NCBI GenBank assembly: GCA_023444045.1
Contig: JAEZRQ010000006.1
Location: forward strand, 113,786-177,785
Direction of reading: 5' to 3'
DNA length: 64,000 nt
From: Candidatus Parcubacteria bacterium
Lineage (GTDB): Bacteria; Patescibacteriota; Patescibacteriia; Patescibacteriales; UBA12465
Part shown: piece by piece, positions 1-11,501 of the stretch
Layout of the letters: each line of letters starts with the position of its first letter
Position numbering within the stretch: position 1 is the first letter of the stretch
The notes under the pieces: model-generated
What the model was told of the DNA's origin: nothing
The model's database searches: none
What the model saw: the letters and a program-made list of their open reading frames with translations, nothing else
Translations under genes and position numbers: made by a program

Positions 1-498
1 GTTGAAGTTAAGTTTGATATTGATGCTAACGGGATTTTAAATGTTAGTGCGACTGATAAAGCGACTAACAAACAACAAAAGATTACTATTACCGCTTCAT
101 CAGGTCTTTCTAAGGAAGAGGTAGAAAAAATCAAAAAAGAAGCAGAAATGCACGCTGAAGAAGATAAAAAGAAAAAAGAAGAAGTGGAAATGGTTAATCA
201 AGCTGATGCAGTTATTTTTTCTACTGAAAAAATGATTAAAGAATCTGGTGATAAAATGAAGGCGGAAGATAAAACTGAGTTAGAAGCTAAAATTTCTGAC
301 CTTAAAAAAGCTAAAGAAGCTAATAATTTGGATGATATTAAAAAGGGGTTGGAAGCTGTTAATACTGTGGCACAGAAGATTGGTGCCGCGATGTATCAAG
401 CCGCTGATGCGGCTGGCCAAGCAGCTGGTGCTGGCTCTCAGACAACAGAAGAAAAAAAGGATGATGTGGTTGAGGGTGAAGTTGAAGAGAAAAAATAA
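1..498 (+). CDS. dnaK: Molecular chaperone DnaK (Hsp70), C-terminal fragment; gene begins upstream of the window
   Basis: Frame 1 is open from base 1 (VEVKFDIDANGILNVSATDKATNKQQKITITASSGLSKEEVEKIKKEAE...), matching the Hsp70 substrate-binding/lid region. Listed ORF 148..498 is only its Met-initiated tail. dnaJ follows. Confidence 0.95.
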   Translation, partial: VEVKFDIDANGILNVSATDKATNKQQKITITASSGLSKEEVEKIKKEAEMHAEEDKKKKEEVEMVNQADAVIFSTEKMIKESGDKMKAEDKTELEAKISDLKKAKEANNLDDIKKGLEAVNTVAQKIGAAMYQAADAAGQAAGAGSQTTEEKKDDVVEGEVEEKK

Positions 499-514
499 TT
501 TGTCTTTTTATAAA

Positions 515-538
515 CTGCCATTTTCATTTAAATGGCAG
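515..538 (+). other. Intercistronic stem-loop between dnaK and dnaJ
   Basis: Perfect 9-bp inverted repeat CTGCCATTT/AAATGGCAG with a 6-nt loop. No T-run follows, so it is more likely an mRNA stability or partial-termination element. Confidence 0.5.
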
Positions 539-558
539 TTAATTAAGAATATAAATTC

Positions 559-1632
559 ATGTCTAAAGACTATTACGATATATTAGGTGTTTCTAAGTCA
601 GCTTCTGCTGCTGAAATTAAAACTGCTTTTAGAAAAAAAGCTCACGAGTTTCATCCTGACAAAGGTGGTGATGAGGCGAAGTTCAAAGAGATCAATGAAG
701 CTTACCAAGTTTTAGGAAATGATCAGAAACGCAAACAATATGACCAGTTTGGTTCCGCCGCCTTCAGTGGTGGTTCTTCTGGTTTTAATCAAGGTGGCTT
801 TGGTGGTTTTGATTTCTCCGGTTTTCAAGGAGGAATTGATATGGATGACCTCTTTGGTGGTTTCGGTGATATTTTTGGTTTTGGTGGTTCAAGAAGCTCA
901 GCTAAAAGACAACAAAGAGGACGTGATTTAGAAATGGTTGTTAATCTATCCTTTTTAGAGGCTGCCTTTGGCTTAGAAAAGGAATTAACCTTTGTAAAAA
1001 ATATTAGCTGTAATCATTGTCACGGCCAAGGCCATGAGCCAGGAACAACAGTAGAAACTTGTTCCACTTGCGGTGGATCAGGGCAAGTTATTGGTGTGCA
1101 AAGGACTATTTTAGGAAATATTCAGACGAAGATGACTTGTTCTGTTTGTGCTGGAGAGGGTAGAATTTATAAAAATAAGTGTTCCAAATGTCAAGGTAAC
1201 GGGATTTTAAAAGATGAGGTTAAACTTAAGGTAAAAGTTCCGGCTGGGATTAATGATGGTGAGTCAATTAGGTTAAGTGGTCAAGGAGAAGCTGGTTTAA
1301 AAGGGGCAGCTGCCGGAGATTTATATCTAAGAGTGAGAGTAGAAAAGCATAAGCTGTTTACAAGAGAGGGGTATGATATTCACACAGAGGAAGAAATAAG
1401 CGTTAAACAAGCTATTTTGGGCGATAAGATAGAAGTAAAGACTATTTATGGTGATTTAACCTTAAAAATCCCCGAAGGCACTCAATCTGGTACTATTTTT
1501 AAGTTGAAGGAGAAGGGGATAACTAAACTACATAATAAAGGGATTGGTGACCACTATGTTCGTGTGATTGTCAAGATTCCAAGCGGGCTTAATCGTAAAC
1601 AGAAACAATTATTAGAAGAGCTGGCTATCTAA
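559..1632 (+). CDS. dnaJ: Co-chaperone DnaJ (Hsp40)
   Basis: J-domain with HPD (EFHPDKGGD), G/F-rich linker, four CxxCxGxG zinc repeats (CNHCHGQG, CSTCGGSG, CSVCAGEG, CSKCQGNG). Confidence 0.97.
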   Translation: MSKDYYDILGVSKSASAAEIKTAFRKKAHEFHPDKGGDEAKFKEINEAYQVLGNDQKRKQYDQFGSAAFSGGSSGFNQGGFGGFDFSGFQGGIDMDDLFGGFGDIFGFGGSRSSAKRQQRGRDLEMVVNLSFLEAAFGLEKELTFVKNISCNHCHGQGHEPGTTVETCSTCGGSGQVIGVQRTILGNIQTKMTCSVCAGEGRIYKNKCSKCQGNGILKDEVKLKVKVPAGINDGESIRLSGQGEAGLKGAAAGDLYLRVRVEKHKLFTREGYDIHTEEEISVKQAILGDKIEVKTIYGDLTLKIPEGTQSGTIFKLKEKGITKLHNKGIGDHYVRVIVKIPSGLNRKQKQLLEELAI

Positions 1633-1665
1633 CGCTTTTTGTTGTTAATTTATTACTACTTTAGC

Positions 1666-1694
1666 TTGACTTTTTAAGTCCCTTAGTCTATATA
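1666..1694 (+). promoter_or_regulatory. Putative sigma70-type promoter of the atp operon
   Basis: TTGACT (1666-1671), 17-nt spacer, TATATA (1689-1694), about 30 nt upstream of the first atp ORF. Confidence 0.5.
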
Positions 1695-1726
1695 ATATAG
1701 AGTTGGTAATTAATAATTTTTAAAAA

Positions 1727-1996
1727 ATGGATAAGAAAGCGATTAGGGAAATTGCTATGGCTAGTGCCATGTATAGCCTAGGATCTATTATTGGTCCTTT
1801 GCTAGCTTTTGGTGGTCTGGGCTTATTATTGGATAGAATTTTTAAGACCCATCCCTGGTTATTACTTATTAGTATTTTATTGGCTTTTATAACTACCAAC
1901 ATTCTTTTATTTAAAAAAATTAAGAAGATAAACCAGATGATGGATGCTTATCGGCAAGAGGCTTTGACTAAGAAAGAAGAGGTCTCGGTTGATTAA
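1727..1996 (+). CDS. Small 2-TM protein preceding atpB (AtpZ/AtpI-like ATP synthase accessory protein)
   Basis: 89 aa with two hydrophobic helices. Its position directly upstream of atpB is typical for AtpI/AtpZ. Confidence 0.6.
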   Translation: MDKKAIREIAMASAMYSLGSIIGPLLAFGGLGLLLDRIFKTHPWLLLISILLAFITTNILLFKKIKKINQMMDAYRQEALTKKEEVSVD

Positions 1997-1999
1997 TAT

Positions 2000-2746
2000 A
2001 TGGGATTAAATATTTCATTAGCACCAGAGGTGCTTTTTTATGTCGGCTCTTGGCCTATAACTAACGCTTTTTTTTGGTTTTTTTGTTTGTGGCTCTTTTT
2101 TATTATAGGAGTTTTTTTGTTAAGTAAAAATCTTAAAATAATCCCTGGAAAAATTCAAAACCTAGTTGAAATGCTTATTAGTGGTGCCTACGATTTTACT
2201 GAGTCAATTATTGGTCAAGGGAAGAAAGCTAAAAGAGTGTTTCCCTTAGTGGCTACCATTTTCTTCTTTGTTTTGATCTCTAATCTTCTGACATTTATCC
2301 CTGGTCAAGCCGCCCTGACTTTAAACCGTGGAGATGAAGTAGTTCCTGTCTTTAGAGCAATTATAGCTGATTATGGCCTAGTTTTCATGATTACTTTTGT
2401 AGTTGTCTTATTAATTCAGATAGTTGCCATTGCTGTTAGTGGACCACTGGCTTATATTGGTCGTTTTATTAACCTGCGCAGTCCTTTAAAGTTCTTTTTA
2501 GGAATTATGGATTTAATTGGCGAAGTAGCTAAAGTAGTATCCCTGTCTTTTCGTTTATTTGGTAATATTTTTGCTGGAGAAGTGTTGGGCGCAGTAATGC
2601 TATTTTTAGCTCCTTTCTTCCTGCCGCTGCCTTTTCAATTTCTAGGTTTACTAACAGCAGTGGTTCAGGCTTTTGTTTTTTCTGTGCTAACTCTAGTTTT
2701 TATTTCAATGGCCTCAGAAGAAACCGCCGAAGAAGTTAATGAATAA
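2000..2746 (+). CDS. atpB: F-type ATP synthase subunit a
   Basis: Polytopic membrane protein with the conserved a-subunit motif LSFRLFGNIFAGE; operon context. Confidence 0.95.
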   Translation: MGLNISLAPEVLFYVGSWPITNAFFWFFCLWLFFIIGVFLLSKNLKIIPGKIQNLVEMLISGAYDFTESIIGQGKKAKRVFPLVATIFFFVLISNLLTFIPGQAALTLNRGDEVVPVFRAIIADYGLVFMITFVVVLLIQIVAIAVSGPLAYIGRFINLRSPLKFFLGIMDLIGEVAKVVSLSFRLFGNIFAGEVLGAVMLFLAPFFLPLPFQFLGLLTAVVQAFVFSVLTLVFISMASEETAEEVNE

Positions 2747-2751
2747 TATAA

Positions 2752-3003
<252 letters not shown>

Positions 3004-3077
3004 TTAAACGTCAAAGCTTTCCGTCTCTTTTTTAAAGGGGCGGATTACTTTGTTTTTTAATTATTTTTTTATTGTTT

Positions 3078-3572
3078 ATGAATAGCTTAATACAAGCTTT
3101 AGGCTTAGACCTTAAGATTTTACTAGCTCAATTTATCAATTTTTCAGTTTTAATTTTTGTCTTATGGCGTTTTGCCTACAAGCCAGTTTTTAATATTCTA
3201 GAAGAAAGAAGAAAAAAAATCGCTAAAGGCATTCAAGATAGCGAAGAGGCCGAAATTAAGTTACAAGAAGCAGAGAGCCATAAGAAAGAGATTATTACTG
3301 AAGCTAGACGAGAGGCCAATTTAATTATTGAAGAAGCTAAATTAAAAGCGGAAACTCGTTATCAAGAAATCGTTGGCAGATCAAAAGAGGATGTTCGAGG
3401 GATTATTGCTGAAGAGAGATCTAAAATTGAAACAGAGAAAAATTTAGCAATTGCAGAAATTAAAAAAAGAATTGCCGAATTAACTATTCTAGCGGTAGAG
3501 AAAATTTTGGCTGAAAAAATCGATGATAAAAAAGATGCTGACTTAATTACTAAAGTGATTAAAGAGCTGTAA
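3078..3572 (+). CDS. atpF: F-type ATP synthase subunit b
   Basis: N-terminal TM helix followed by a long charged coiled coil. ATG at 3078 preferred over the TTG at 3072. Confidence 0.9.
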   Translation: MNSLIQALGLDLKILLAQFINFSVLIFVLWRFAYKPVFNILEERRKKIAKGIQDSEEAEIKLQEAESHKKEIITEARREANLIIEEAKLKAETRYQEIVGRSKEDVRGIIAEERSKIETEKNLAIAEIKKRIAELTILAVEKILAEKIDDKKDADLITKVIKEL

Positions 3573-3575
3573 CTT

Positions 3576-3977
3576 ATGAAAATCAAACCAGAACAATATG
3601 CTAGGGCCCTGTTTGAATTAACTAAAGATAAAAATAAAACAGAGCTTAAAGAAACTATTACTAATTTTGCCAAGTTTTTATTTAAAAATAATGATGCTTT
3701 TAAATTAGATAAAATTTTGCAAGAATTTTCTATTCTTTGCAACAAGGAACTCTTAATTCTAGAAGCAGAAATTAGCAGCGCTCACCCATTAAGCCAAGAA
3801 ATAGAAGAATTGTTAAAAGAGTATTTAAAGAAAGAGTCAACGGCTAAAGAAATAAAAACTGATTTGAAAGTAAATAAAGATATCTTAGGTGGAGTAATTA
3901 TCAAATATGGCGATAAGATTTTTGACGCTAGTATAAAAAATCGTTTAAATAAATTAAAACAATCTTTATTAAGTTAA
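3576..3977 (+). CDS. atpH: F-type ATP synthase subunit delta (OSCP), short form
   Basis: Sits between atpF and atpA. OSCP-like C-terminus [25 protein letters not shown]. Only 133 aa. Confidence 0.75.
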   Translation: MKIKPEQYARALFELTKDKNKTELKETITNFAKFLFKNNDAFKLDKILQEFSILCNKELLILEAEISSAHPLSQEIEELLKEYLKKESTAKEIKTDLKVNKDILGGVIIKYGDKIFDASIKNRLNKLKQSLLS

Positions 3978-3994
3978 TTATTGAAGATAAAAAT

Positions 3995-5524
3995 ATGTCT
4001 AGTAACACAAAGGATTTCATTATTGAGGAGTTAAAAAAACAAATTACTGATTTTAAGGAAAGTGCTAGTGAGCAAAACTTTGGTCACGTTATTGAAGCTG
4101 GTGACGGTATTGCTACTGTCTCTGGATTATCTGAAGCGATGATGTCGGAGATGTTGGAGTTTAAAACAAGCGCTGGTTCTGTTTATGGTGTAGTTCTAAA
4201 CCTGAACGAAGGTAGCGTTGGTTCAATTATTTTAGGCGACTCCTTGCAGATTAAAGAAGGTGATGAGGTAATTGCCACCAAGAGAATTTTAGAAGTCCCT
4301 GTTGGAGAGGCTTTAACTGGTCGAGTTGTTAGTCCTTTAGGAGTACCACTGGACAATAAAGGTGAAATTAAAACTGATAAAAAATATCCAATTGAGAAAA
4401 TTGCTCCAGGGGTTATTACCCGTGAATCAGTTAAACAGCCTGTTCAAACTGGCATTAAGGCGATTGATGCTATGATTCCAATTGGCCGAGGGCAAAGAGA
4501 ATTAATTATTGGTGATCGTCAGATTGGGAAAACAGCAATTGCTATTGATGCCATCATTAATCAAAAGGGGCAGAACATGAAGTGTATTTATGTTGCGATT
4601 GGCCAGAAAGAATCTAAGGTTGCTAACATTGTTGCTAAACTTGAAGAAAGTGGAGCGATGGATTACACCACTGTAGTTCTTGCTGGTGCTAGTAGTCCGG
4701 CTCCTTTGCTTTATATTGCCCCTTATGCTGGAACAGCCATGGCTGAATACTTTCTAGACAAGGGTGAAGATGTTTTAATTGTTTATGATGATTTATCTAA
4801 ACACGCAGTTTCTTATCGTGAAATTTCTTTATTACTAAAAAGATCTCCAGGCAGAGAAGCTTATCCTGGTGACGTCTTTTATTTACATTCCCGTTTACTT
4901 GAGAGATCTTGTAAATTAAATAAGGAATATGGTGGTGGTTCTATTACCTCACTGCCAATTATTGAAACTCAAGCCGGTGACGTTTCTGCTTACATCCCAA
5001 CAAACGTTATTTCTATCACCGATGGTCAGATTTATCTTGATCCAGATTTATTCTATCAAGGTAATCGTCCGGCAATTAATGTTGGTATTTCAGTTTCTCG
5101 TGTTGGTTCATCAGCTCAAATTAAAGCTATGAAGAAGGTGGCTGGTAAAATTAAATTAGAGGCCGCTCAATATCGAGAGTTAGCTGCTTTTGCGCAGTTT
5201 GGTTCAGATTTAGATAATGAAACTAAAAAGAAGTTAGAAAGAGGTAAGAGATTATTTGAAATTTTTAAGCAGGGTCAATATGAGCCGGTTGAAGTAGAAG
5301 AACAAGTATTAATTTATTATGCAGTTTCAAATGGCTATATGGATGACGTACCAGCAGAAGAGATAAGTAAGTTTGAAAAAGATTTGCTCAGCTACGCCAG
5401 GAATAATGCTAATGAAGTTTTAGGCCGTATCAGAACCAGCGGCGCTTTAGACGAAAATGATGAACAAGTAGTGGTTAAAATAATTAATAATTGTAAAGAA
5501 TCTTTAGATTATTTAAGTAAATAA
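3995..5524 (+). CDS. atpA: F-type ATP synthase subunit alpha
   Basis: Walker [20 protein letters not shown], full-length alpha-subunit architecture. Confidence 0.98.
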   Translation: MSSNTKDFIIEELKKQITDFKESASEQNFGHVIEAGDGIATVSGLSEAMMSEMLEFKTSAGSVYGVVLNLNEGSVGSIILGDSLQIKEGDEVIATKRILEVPVGEALTGRVVSPLGVPLDNKGEIKTDKKYPIEKIAPGVITRESVKQPVQTGIKAIDAMIPIGRGQRELIIGDRQIGKTAIAIDAIINQKGQNMKCIYVAIGQKESKVANIVAKLEESGAMDYTTVVLAGASSPAPLLYIAPYAGTAMAEYFLDKGEDVLIVYDDLSKHAVSYREISLLLKRSPGREAYPGDVFYLHSRLLERSCKLNKEYGGGSITSLPIIETQAGDVSAYIPTNVISITDGQIYLDPDLFYQGNRPAINVGISVSRVGSSAQIKAMKKVAGKIKLEAAQYRELAAFAQFGSDLDNETKKKLERGKRLFEIFKQGQYEPVEVEEQVLIYYAVSNGYMDDVPAEEISKFEKDLLSYARNNANEVLGRIRTSGALDENDEQVVVKIINNCKESLDYLSK

Positions 5525-5525
5525 A

Positions 5526-7884
<2,359 letters not shown>

Positions 7885-7894
7885 GAATAAGCTT

Positions 7895-8335
7895 ATGTCT
7901 TTAAAGACAATTACATTTGAAATTGTAACTCCAGAGCAGTTAGTTTTAAGGGAAGAGGTGTTACGAGCAACTATTCCTACCACTTCCGGGGAGCTTACTA
8001 TTTTGCCAGATCACATTCCATTAATTTCGGTTTTAAAGCCTGGAGTGATTGAAATTCAAAAAGCGGATAAAGAGATAGATTTAATGGCTACTTCTGGGGG
8101 CTTTTTGGAGGTTTTAAGGGGCAAAATTGTGATTTTAGCTGATTATGCCCAAAGAGCCGATGATTTAGATGAAGAAGTAATTGAAAACGCCAGATTACAA
8201 GCAGAAAAAGCTAAACAAGAGGCTGAAAATAGGGATGATATTGATTTTACCGATATTGCTGCTAAGTTGGAAATGGAGCTTTTCAAAACAAAAGCCTTAA
8301 ATCGTTGGCGTAAAATCAAGAAATTAAATAATTAA
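7895..8335 (+). CDS. atpC: F-type ATP synthase subunit epsilon
   Basis: Beta-sandwich N-domain (FEIVTPEQLV...GELTILPDHIPLIS) plus helical tail. ATG 7895 chosen over the upstream in-frame start that overlaps atpD. Confidence 0.93.
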   Translation: MSLKTITFEIVTPEQLVLREEVLRATIPTTSGELTILPDHIPLISVLKPGVIEIQKADKEIDLMATSGGFLEVLRGKIVILADYAQRADDLDEEVIENARLQAEKAKQEAENRDDIDFTDIAAKLEMELFKTKALNRWRKIKKLNN

Positions 8336-8345
8336 GTTTTGTCAA

Positions 8346-8373
8346 TTGACATGAGGTCCTGCCATGCTAAAAT
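8346..8373 (+). promoter_or_regulatory. Putative promoter of the Cys-rich small ORF
   Basis: TTGACA (8346-8351), 16-nt spacer ending in TGc, TAAAAT (8368-8373). Confidence 0.5.
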
Positions 8374-8400
8374 TAGAAGGTAATAATTAACCTTAATTTT

Positions 8401-8610
8401 ATGAGTAATTGCAAATTATGTTCTTGGCTTAAAGGCTTATTTGCTAAAAAATGCCACTGCGAAGAGAAGGGATGTGATTGTCAGACTGAGGAGTCAGTGG
8501 TAAATCAAGAAACTTCTTCAGTTGTTGAAAATCAGGAGCAGGAGACAGTTGGTACCGAAGAAGCAACAGTTCAAGAAAATCCCATTACAGAAAGTACCGA
8601 AGAAAATTAA
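8401..8610 (+). CDS. Small Cys-rich protein with acidic disordered tail (hypothetical)
   Basis: 69 aa. Six Cys in the first 27 residues (CxxC...CxC...CxC), then an E/Q/T-rich tail. Own promoter and terminator. Confidence 0.55.
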   Translation: MSNCKLCSWLKGLFAKKCHCEEKGCDCQTEESVVNQETSSVVENQEQETVGTEEATVQENPITESTEEN

Positions 8611-8619
8611 TAATCAAAT

Positions 8620-8644
8620 AAAAAACACGCTGAGCGTGTTTTTT
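8620..8644 (+). terminator. Rho-independent terminator
   Basis: ACACGC-tga-GCGTGT stem flanked by an A-run and followed by TTTTTT. Confidence 0.8.
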
Positions 8645-8654
8645 AAGGCCCCTT

Positions 8655-9506
8655 ATGTTTATTGATACCCATTGCCACCTTAATTTTAATGATTTCAGAG
8701 ATGATGCCGACGGAGTAATTCGCCGGGCTTTAGATAATGATACTTGGATGATTATGGTTGGCTCTGAATATAAAACATCTACTAGAGCCTTAAAATATGC
8801 TAATAAGTATCAGAAGGGTGTTTATGCGGCTGTGGGTTTGCATCCTATCCATCTAGAAGAATTAAGGGCGGAAAATAATAACGATGATGGCAATTATAAT
8901 TTTGTGACTAGGGCAGAGGACTTCTATTATGATAATTACGAAAAATTAGCTAAATTTGAGAAAGTAGTAGCTATTGGGGAAGTTGGCCTGGATTATTATC
9001 ACATTGACCCGACAAAAGATGTTAGGGCGATTAAACAAAAACAACAGCAAGTATTACTGCAGCAATTATTATTAGCTAGGCAACTAGATTTGCCAGTTAT
9101 TATTCACTGTCGCCAGGCTCATGATGATTTACTGGAGTTATTACAGGATTTTAAAAAGGTTTATGCTAACATCATTCCTAGTGATAGACCTTGGGGGGTA
9201 GTGCATTGTTTTTCCGGCAATGAGGACTTGGCTTGGAAGTATTTTAATTTAGGACTACTCATTTCATTTACTGGACTTATCACCTTTAGTCAGACTTGGG
9301 ATGATCTAATTCGCAAGGTGCCAATTGACAAGATTATGATTGAAACAGACTCACCTTATATGACTCCTGAACCGTATAGAGGACACCGTAATGAGCCAGT
9401 TTTGGTCCAATACGTGGCCCAGAGGATTGCTGAGATAAAGAATATGAAGATTGAACGGGTAGCCGAAATTACTAGCGAGACCGCCCGAAAACTATTTAGA
9501 ATATAG
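8655..9506 (+). CDS. tatD: TatD-family metal-dependent hydrolase/DNase
   Basis: N-terminal FIDTHCHLN, plus GEVGLDYY, IIHCR, ETDSPY motifs. Confidence 0.9.
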   Translation: MFIDTHCHLNFNDFRDDADGVIRRALDNDTWMIMVGSEYKTSTRALKYANKYQKGVYAAVGLHPIHLEELRAENNNDDGNYNFVTRAEDFYYDNYEKLAKFEKVVAIGEVGLDYYHIDPTKDVRAIKQKQQQVLLQQLLLARQLDLPVIIHCRQAHDDLLELLQDFKKVYANIIPSDRPWGVVHCFSGNEDLAWKYFNLGLLISFTGLITFSQTWDDLIRKVPIDKIMIETDSPYMTPEPYRGHRNEPVLVQYVAQRIAEIKNMKIERVAEITSETARKLFRI

Positions 9507-9520
9507 GCTATTTTTAAACA

Positions 9521-9553
9521 AAAAAAGACTCTAATATCTCTGGAGTCTTTTTA
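9521..9553 (+). terminator. Rho-independent terminator after tatD
   Basis: AGACTC...GAGTCT stem preceded by A6 and followed by TTTTT. Confidence 0.7.
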
Positions 9554-9556
9554 TTA

Positions 9557-9585
9557 TTGACAAAAATATTTAAATATGCTATAAT
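9557..9585 (+). promoter_or_regulatory. Consensus sigma70-type promoter
   Basis: TTGACA (9557-9562), 17-nt spacer ending in TGc, TATAAT (9580-9585). Confidence 0.65.
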
Positions 9586-9624
9586 TTGGGCATAGTAAAA
9601 CGTATTTTAAAAAAATAAAGAACC

Positions 9625-10068
9625 ATGAGAAAATTAATTGCTTTTTCTATCGCCAACATTACCTGTGTAATTCTGGCATTTTTTATGATTTTTCTGGGGG
9701 TTAAATTTTATAACTCAATACCCGTCCCGGAAGGAATCGTCCCCGTTTGGAGTTTGATTGTGTTTATCCTCACGGCAGTGGGTATAATGAAGATATTTTA
9801 TTTCATAGTTAACAAAGCTTGCTCTTTTTCTACAATAGAGGGCGCCACTTATGAAATTCTCAAGAAAAAGTTTCCTTACTGGTCGGATGTTACAATAAGA
9901 GATGGTTATCTCTTCATTAGCTGGAAAAGCCTCAGCAAAAATATAATTCATAATTATGAGTTTGACTTTAATCAGAATAAGGCTAAATTCTATGACGAAG
10001 GGGAAGTGGCAAAAATAGTTTTCGAGGGTGACATTAAAAAAGCTGTCTCTAAAATGAGACAGTCTTAA
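9625..10068 (+). CDS. Hypothetical 2-TM membrane protein
   Basis: 147 aa with two hydrophobic helices then a soluble domain. Flanked by a consensus promoter and a terminator. The overlapping minus ORF 9715..10125 looks like an antisense artefact. Confidence 0.6.
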   Translation: MRKLIAFSIANITCVILAFFMIFLGVKFYNSIPVPEGIVPVWSLIVFILTAVGIMKIFYFIVNKACSFSTIEGATYEILKKKFPYWSDVTIRDGYLFISWKSLSKNIIHNYEFDFNQNKAKFYDEGEVAKIVFEGDIKKAVSKMRQS

Positions 10069-10082
10069 AACAATATAAAAAT

Positions 10083-10117
10083 GACCTTGTAGCATAATGC
10101 TGACAAGGTCTTTTTTT
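10083..10117. terminator. Bidirectional Rho-independent terminator
   Basis: GACCTTGT...ACAAGGTC 8-bp stem, A-run upstream and T7 downstream. Lies between the convergent genes 9625..10068 (+) and uppP (-). Confidence 0.8.
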
Positions 10118-10129
10118 ATTCTCAAGAGT

Positions 10130-10915
10130 TTAAATAAAGAGGAAGCCTAAGATAATTAAGCCTAAGATAACACGGTACCAAGCAAAGATTTTAAAATCAT
10201 TTTTTTGAACGTATTTAATTAGGAACTTAACGCCAATAATAGCCGTAATAAAAGAAACCACAAAACCAATTAACCAAACCACCAAAGTATCACTACTAAT
10301 AATATTAGGATTTTTGTAAATATCTAGAACAGTTGCTCCTAGCATGGTCGGAATAGCTAGGAGAAAAGAAAATTCTACAATTGTTTTTCGCTTAATCCCT
10401 TGTGCTAAACCGCCAACTATAGTGGCACCAGAGCGGGAAACACCAGGAATCATCGCAATTGCTTGTACGGCCCCTAAAATAGCGGCTTGTTTGTAAGTAA
10501 TTTTCTCTAAATCTAAATCACTGGCATCTTCTTTGATATTTTTTTTGGCATACCAGTTTTCAAACAGAAAAATAATAATACCGCCAATAATTAGAGTAAT
10601 AGCAATTACTAACAGGCTCTCCATTAAATAATTCTTTACTATTTTATAAAAAATTAAACCAATAATTGAAGTGGGGATAAAGGCGGCCGCTATTTTCCAA
10701 ACAATATTTACATTTTGCCAAACTCGCTTCCAGTACAAAATCACAACGGAAAATATTGCTCCTAATTGAATAGAAATCATGAAGCTTTTTAAAAATTCGC
10801 TACTAGGGATTTTTAAGAGTTCGCCCGTAATAATTAAATGAGCGGTTGAAGAGATTGGTAGAAATTCGGTTAAACCTTCAACAACACCCATGATTAAGCT
10901 TTGGATAATGGTCAT
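10130..10915 (-). CDS. uppP: Undecaprenyl-diphosphate phosphatase
   Basis: Polytopic membrane protein with BacA/UppP motifs (EFLPISSTAHL, PGVSRSGATI). Confidence 0.93.
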   Translation of the reverse strand: MTIIQSLIMGVVEGLTEFLPISSTAHLIITGELLKIPSSEFLKSFMISIQLGAIFSVVILYWKRVWQNVNIVWKIAAAFIPTSIIGLIFYKIVKNYLMESLLVIAITLIIGGIIIFLFENWYAKKNIKEDASDLDLEKITYKQAAILGAVQAIAMIPGVSRSGATIVGGLAQGIKRKTIVEFSFLLAIPTMLGATVLDIYKNPNIISSDTLVVWLIGFVVSFITAIIGVKFLIKYVQKNDFKIFAWYRVILGLIILGFLFI

Positions 10916-10969
10916 ATAGTAAAAGTTACTATTTCATTTTATATCACTTTAGTAAATAAATAAACCACT

Positions 10970-10997
10970 TTGAATTAAGGCTTATTTTTGCTATAAT
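10970..10997 (+). promoter_or_regulatory. Putative promoter
   Basis: TTGAAT (10970-10975), 16-nt spacer ending in TGc, TATAAT (10992-10997). Confidence 0.5.
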
Positions 10998-11027
10998 AAA
11001 CTTACTAAAATATCTAATTTTTATTTT

Positions 11028-11498
11028 ATGATTTCTAAAAAAACCGAAAAATCAAAGAAAAAGAAGAATGTTGTTGTCGCTGTTTCTGGCTATTTTAACC
11101 CATTGCACGTTGGTCATTTAGAAATGATTGAACGAGCAAAAAAATTAGGTAATAAATTAGTGGTCATTATCAATAATGATTATCAGGTTAAACTAAAGGG
11201 CAGTGTTCCTTTTATGTCCCTAGCTGACAGGGTAAAAATAATCAGCGCTTTAAGGGCAGTTGATGAGGTATTTATTTCTATTGATCGCGATAAAACTGTC
11301 TGTAAATCACTAGCCAAAGTTAAACCAAATATTTTTGCCAATGGCGGTGATCGTAAAAGTTTAGGTGATGTGCCCGAGTTTCCGATTTGTCAAAAATTAG
11401 GAATTGAAATGGTTGATGGTTTAGGAAAAAAGATTCGGGCTAGTTCTGAATTAATTAAGAAGGCAGCAGAGGCAAAAATTATTGCTGTTAAAAAATAA
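11028..11498 (+). CDS. Cytidylyl/adenylyltransferase-family nucleotidyltransferase (TagD/RfaE domain II-like)
   Basis: HxGH nucleotidyltransferase motif (SGYFNPLHVGHLEMIERAKK). Size about 150 aa. Confidence 0.8.
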   Translation: MISKKTEKSKKKKNVVVAVSGYFNPLHVGHLEMIERAKKLGNKLVVIINNDYQVKLKGSVPFMSLADRVKIISALRAVDEVFISIDRDKTVCKSLAKVKPNIFANGGDRKSLGDVPEFPICQKLGIEMVDGLGKKIRASSELIKKAAEAKIIAVKK

Positions 11499-11501
11499 TT
11501 T

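Noticed and set aside
3362-3745. 127-aa minus-strand ORF antisense to atpF/atpH. The same applies to 36135..36608 (antisense to dnaB), 33227..33541 (antisense to murA), 9715..10125, 44911..45288, 53877..54206, 62959..63270 and the other short track ORFs nested in large genes.
   Set aside because: They lie entirely within well-supported conserved genes on the opposite strand or in another frame. They have low-complexity, Leu/Ser/Ile-rich translations typical of antisense frames in AT-rich DNA, and they have no promoter or terminator context.
3576-3977. Unusually short ATP synthase delta subunit (133 aa versus about 175-180 aa), considered as a possible pseudogene.
   Set aside because: The ORF is intact, correctly placed and tightly packed between atpF and atpA, and retains the OSCP C-terminal motif. 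It is probably a lineage-specific size reduction.
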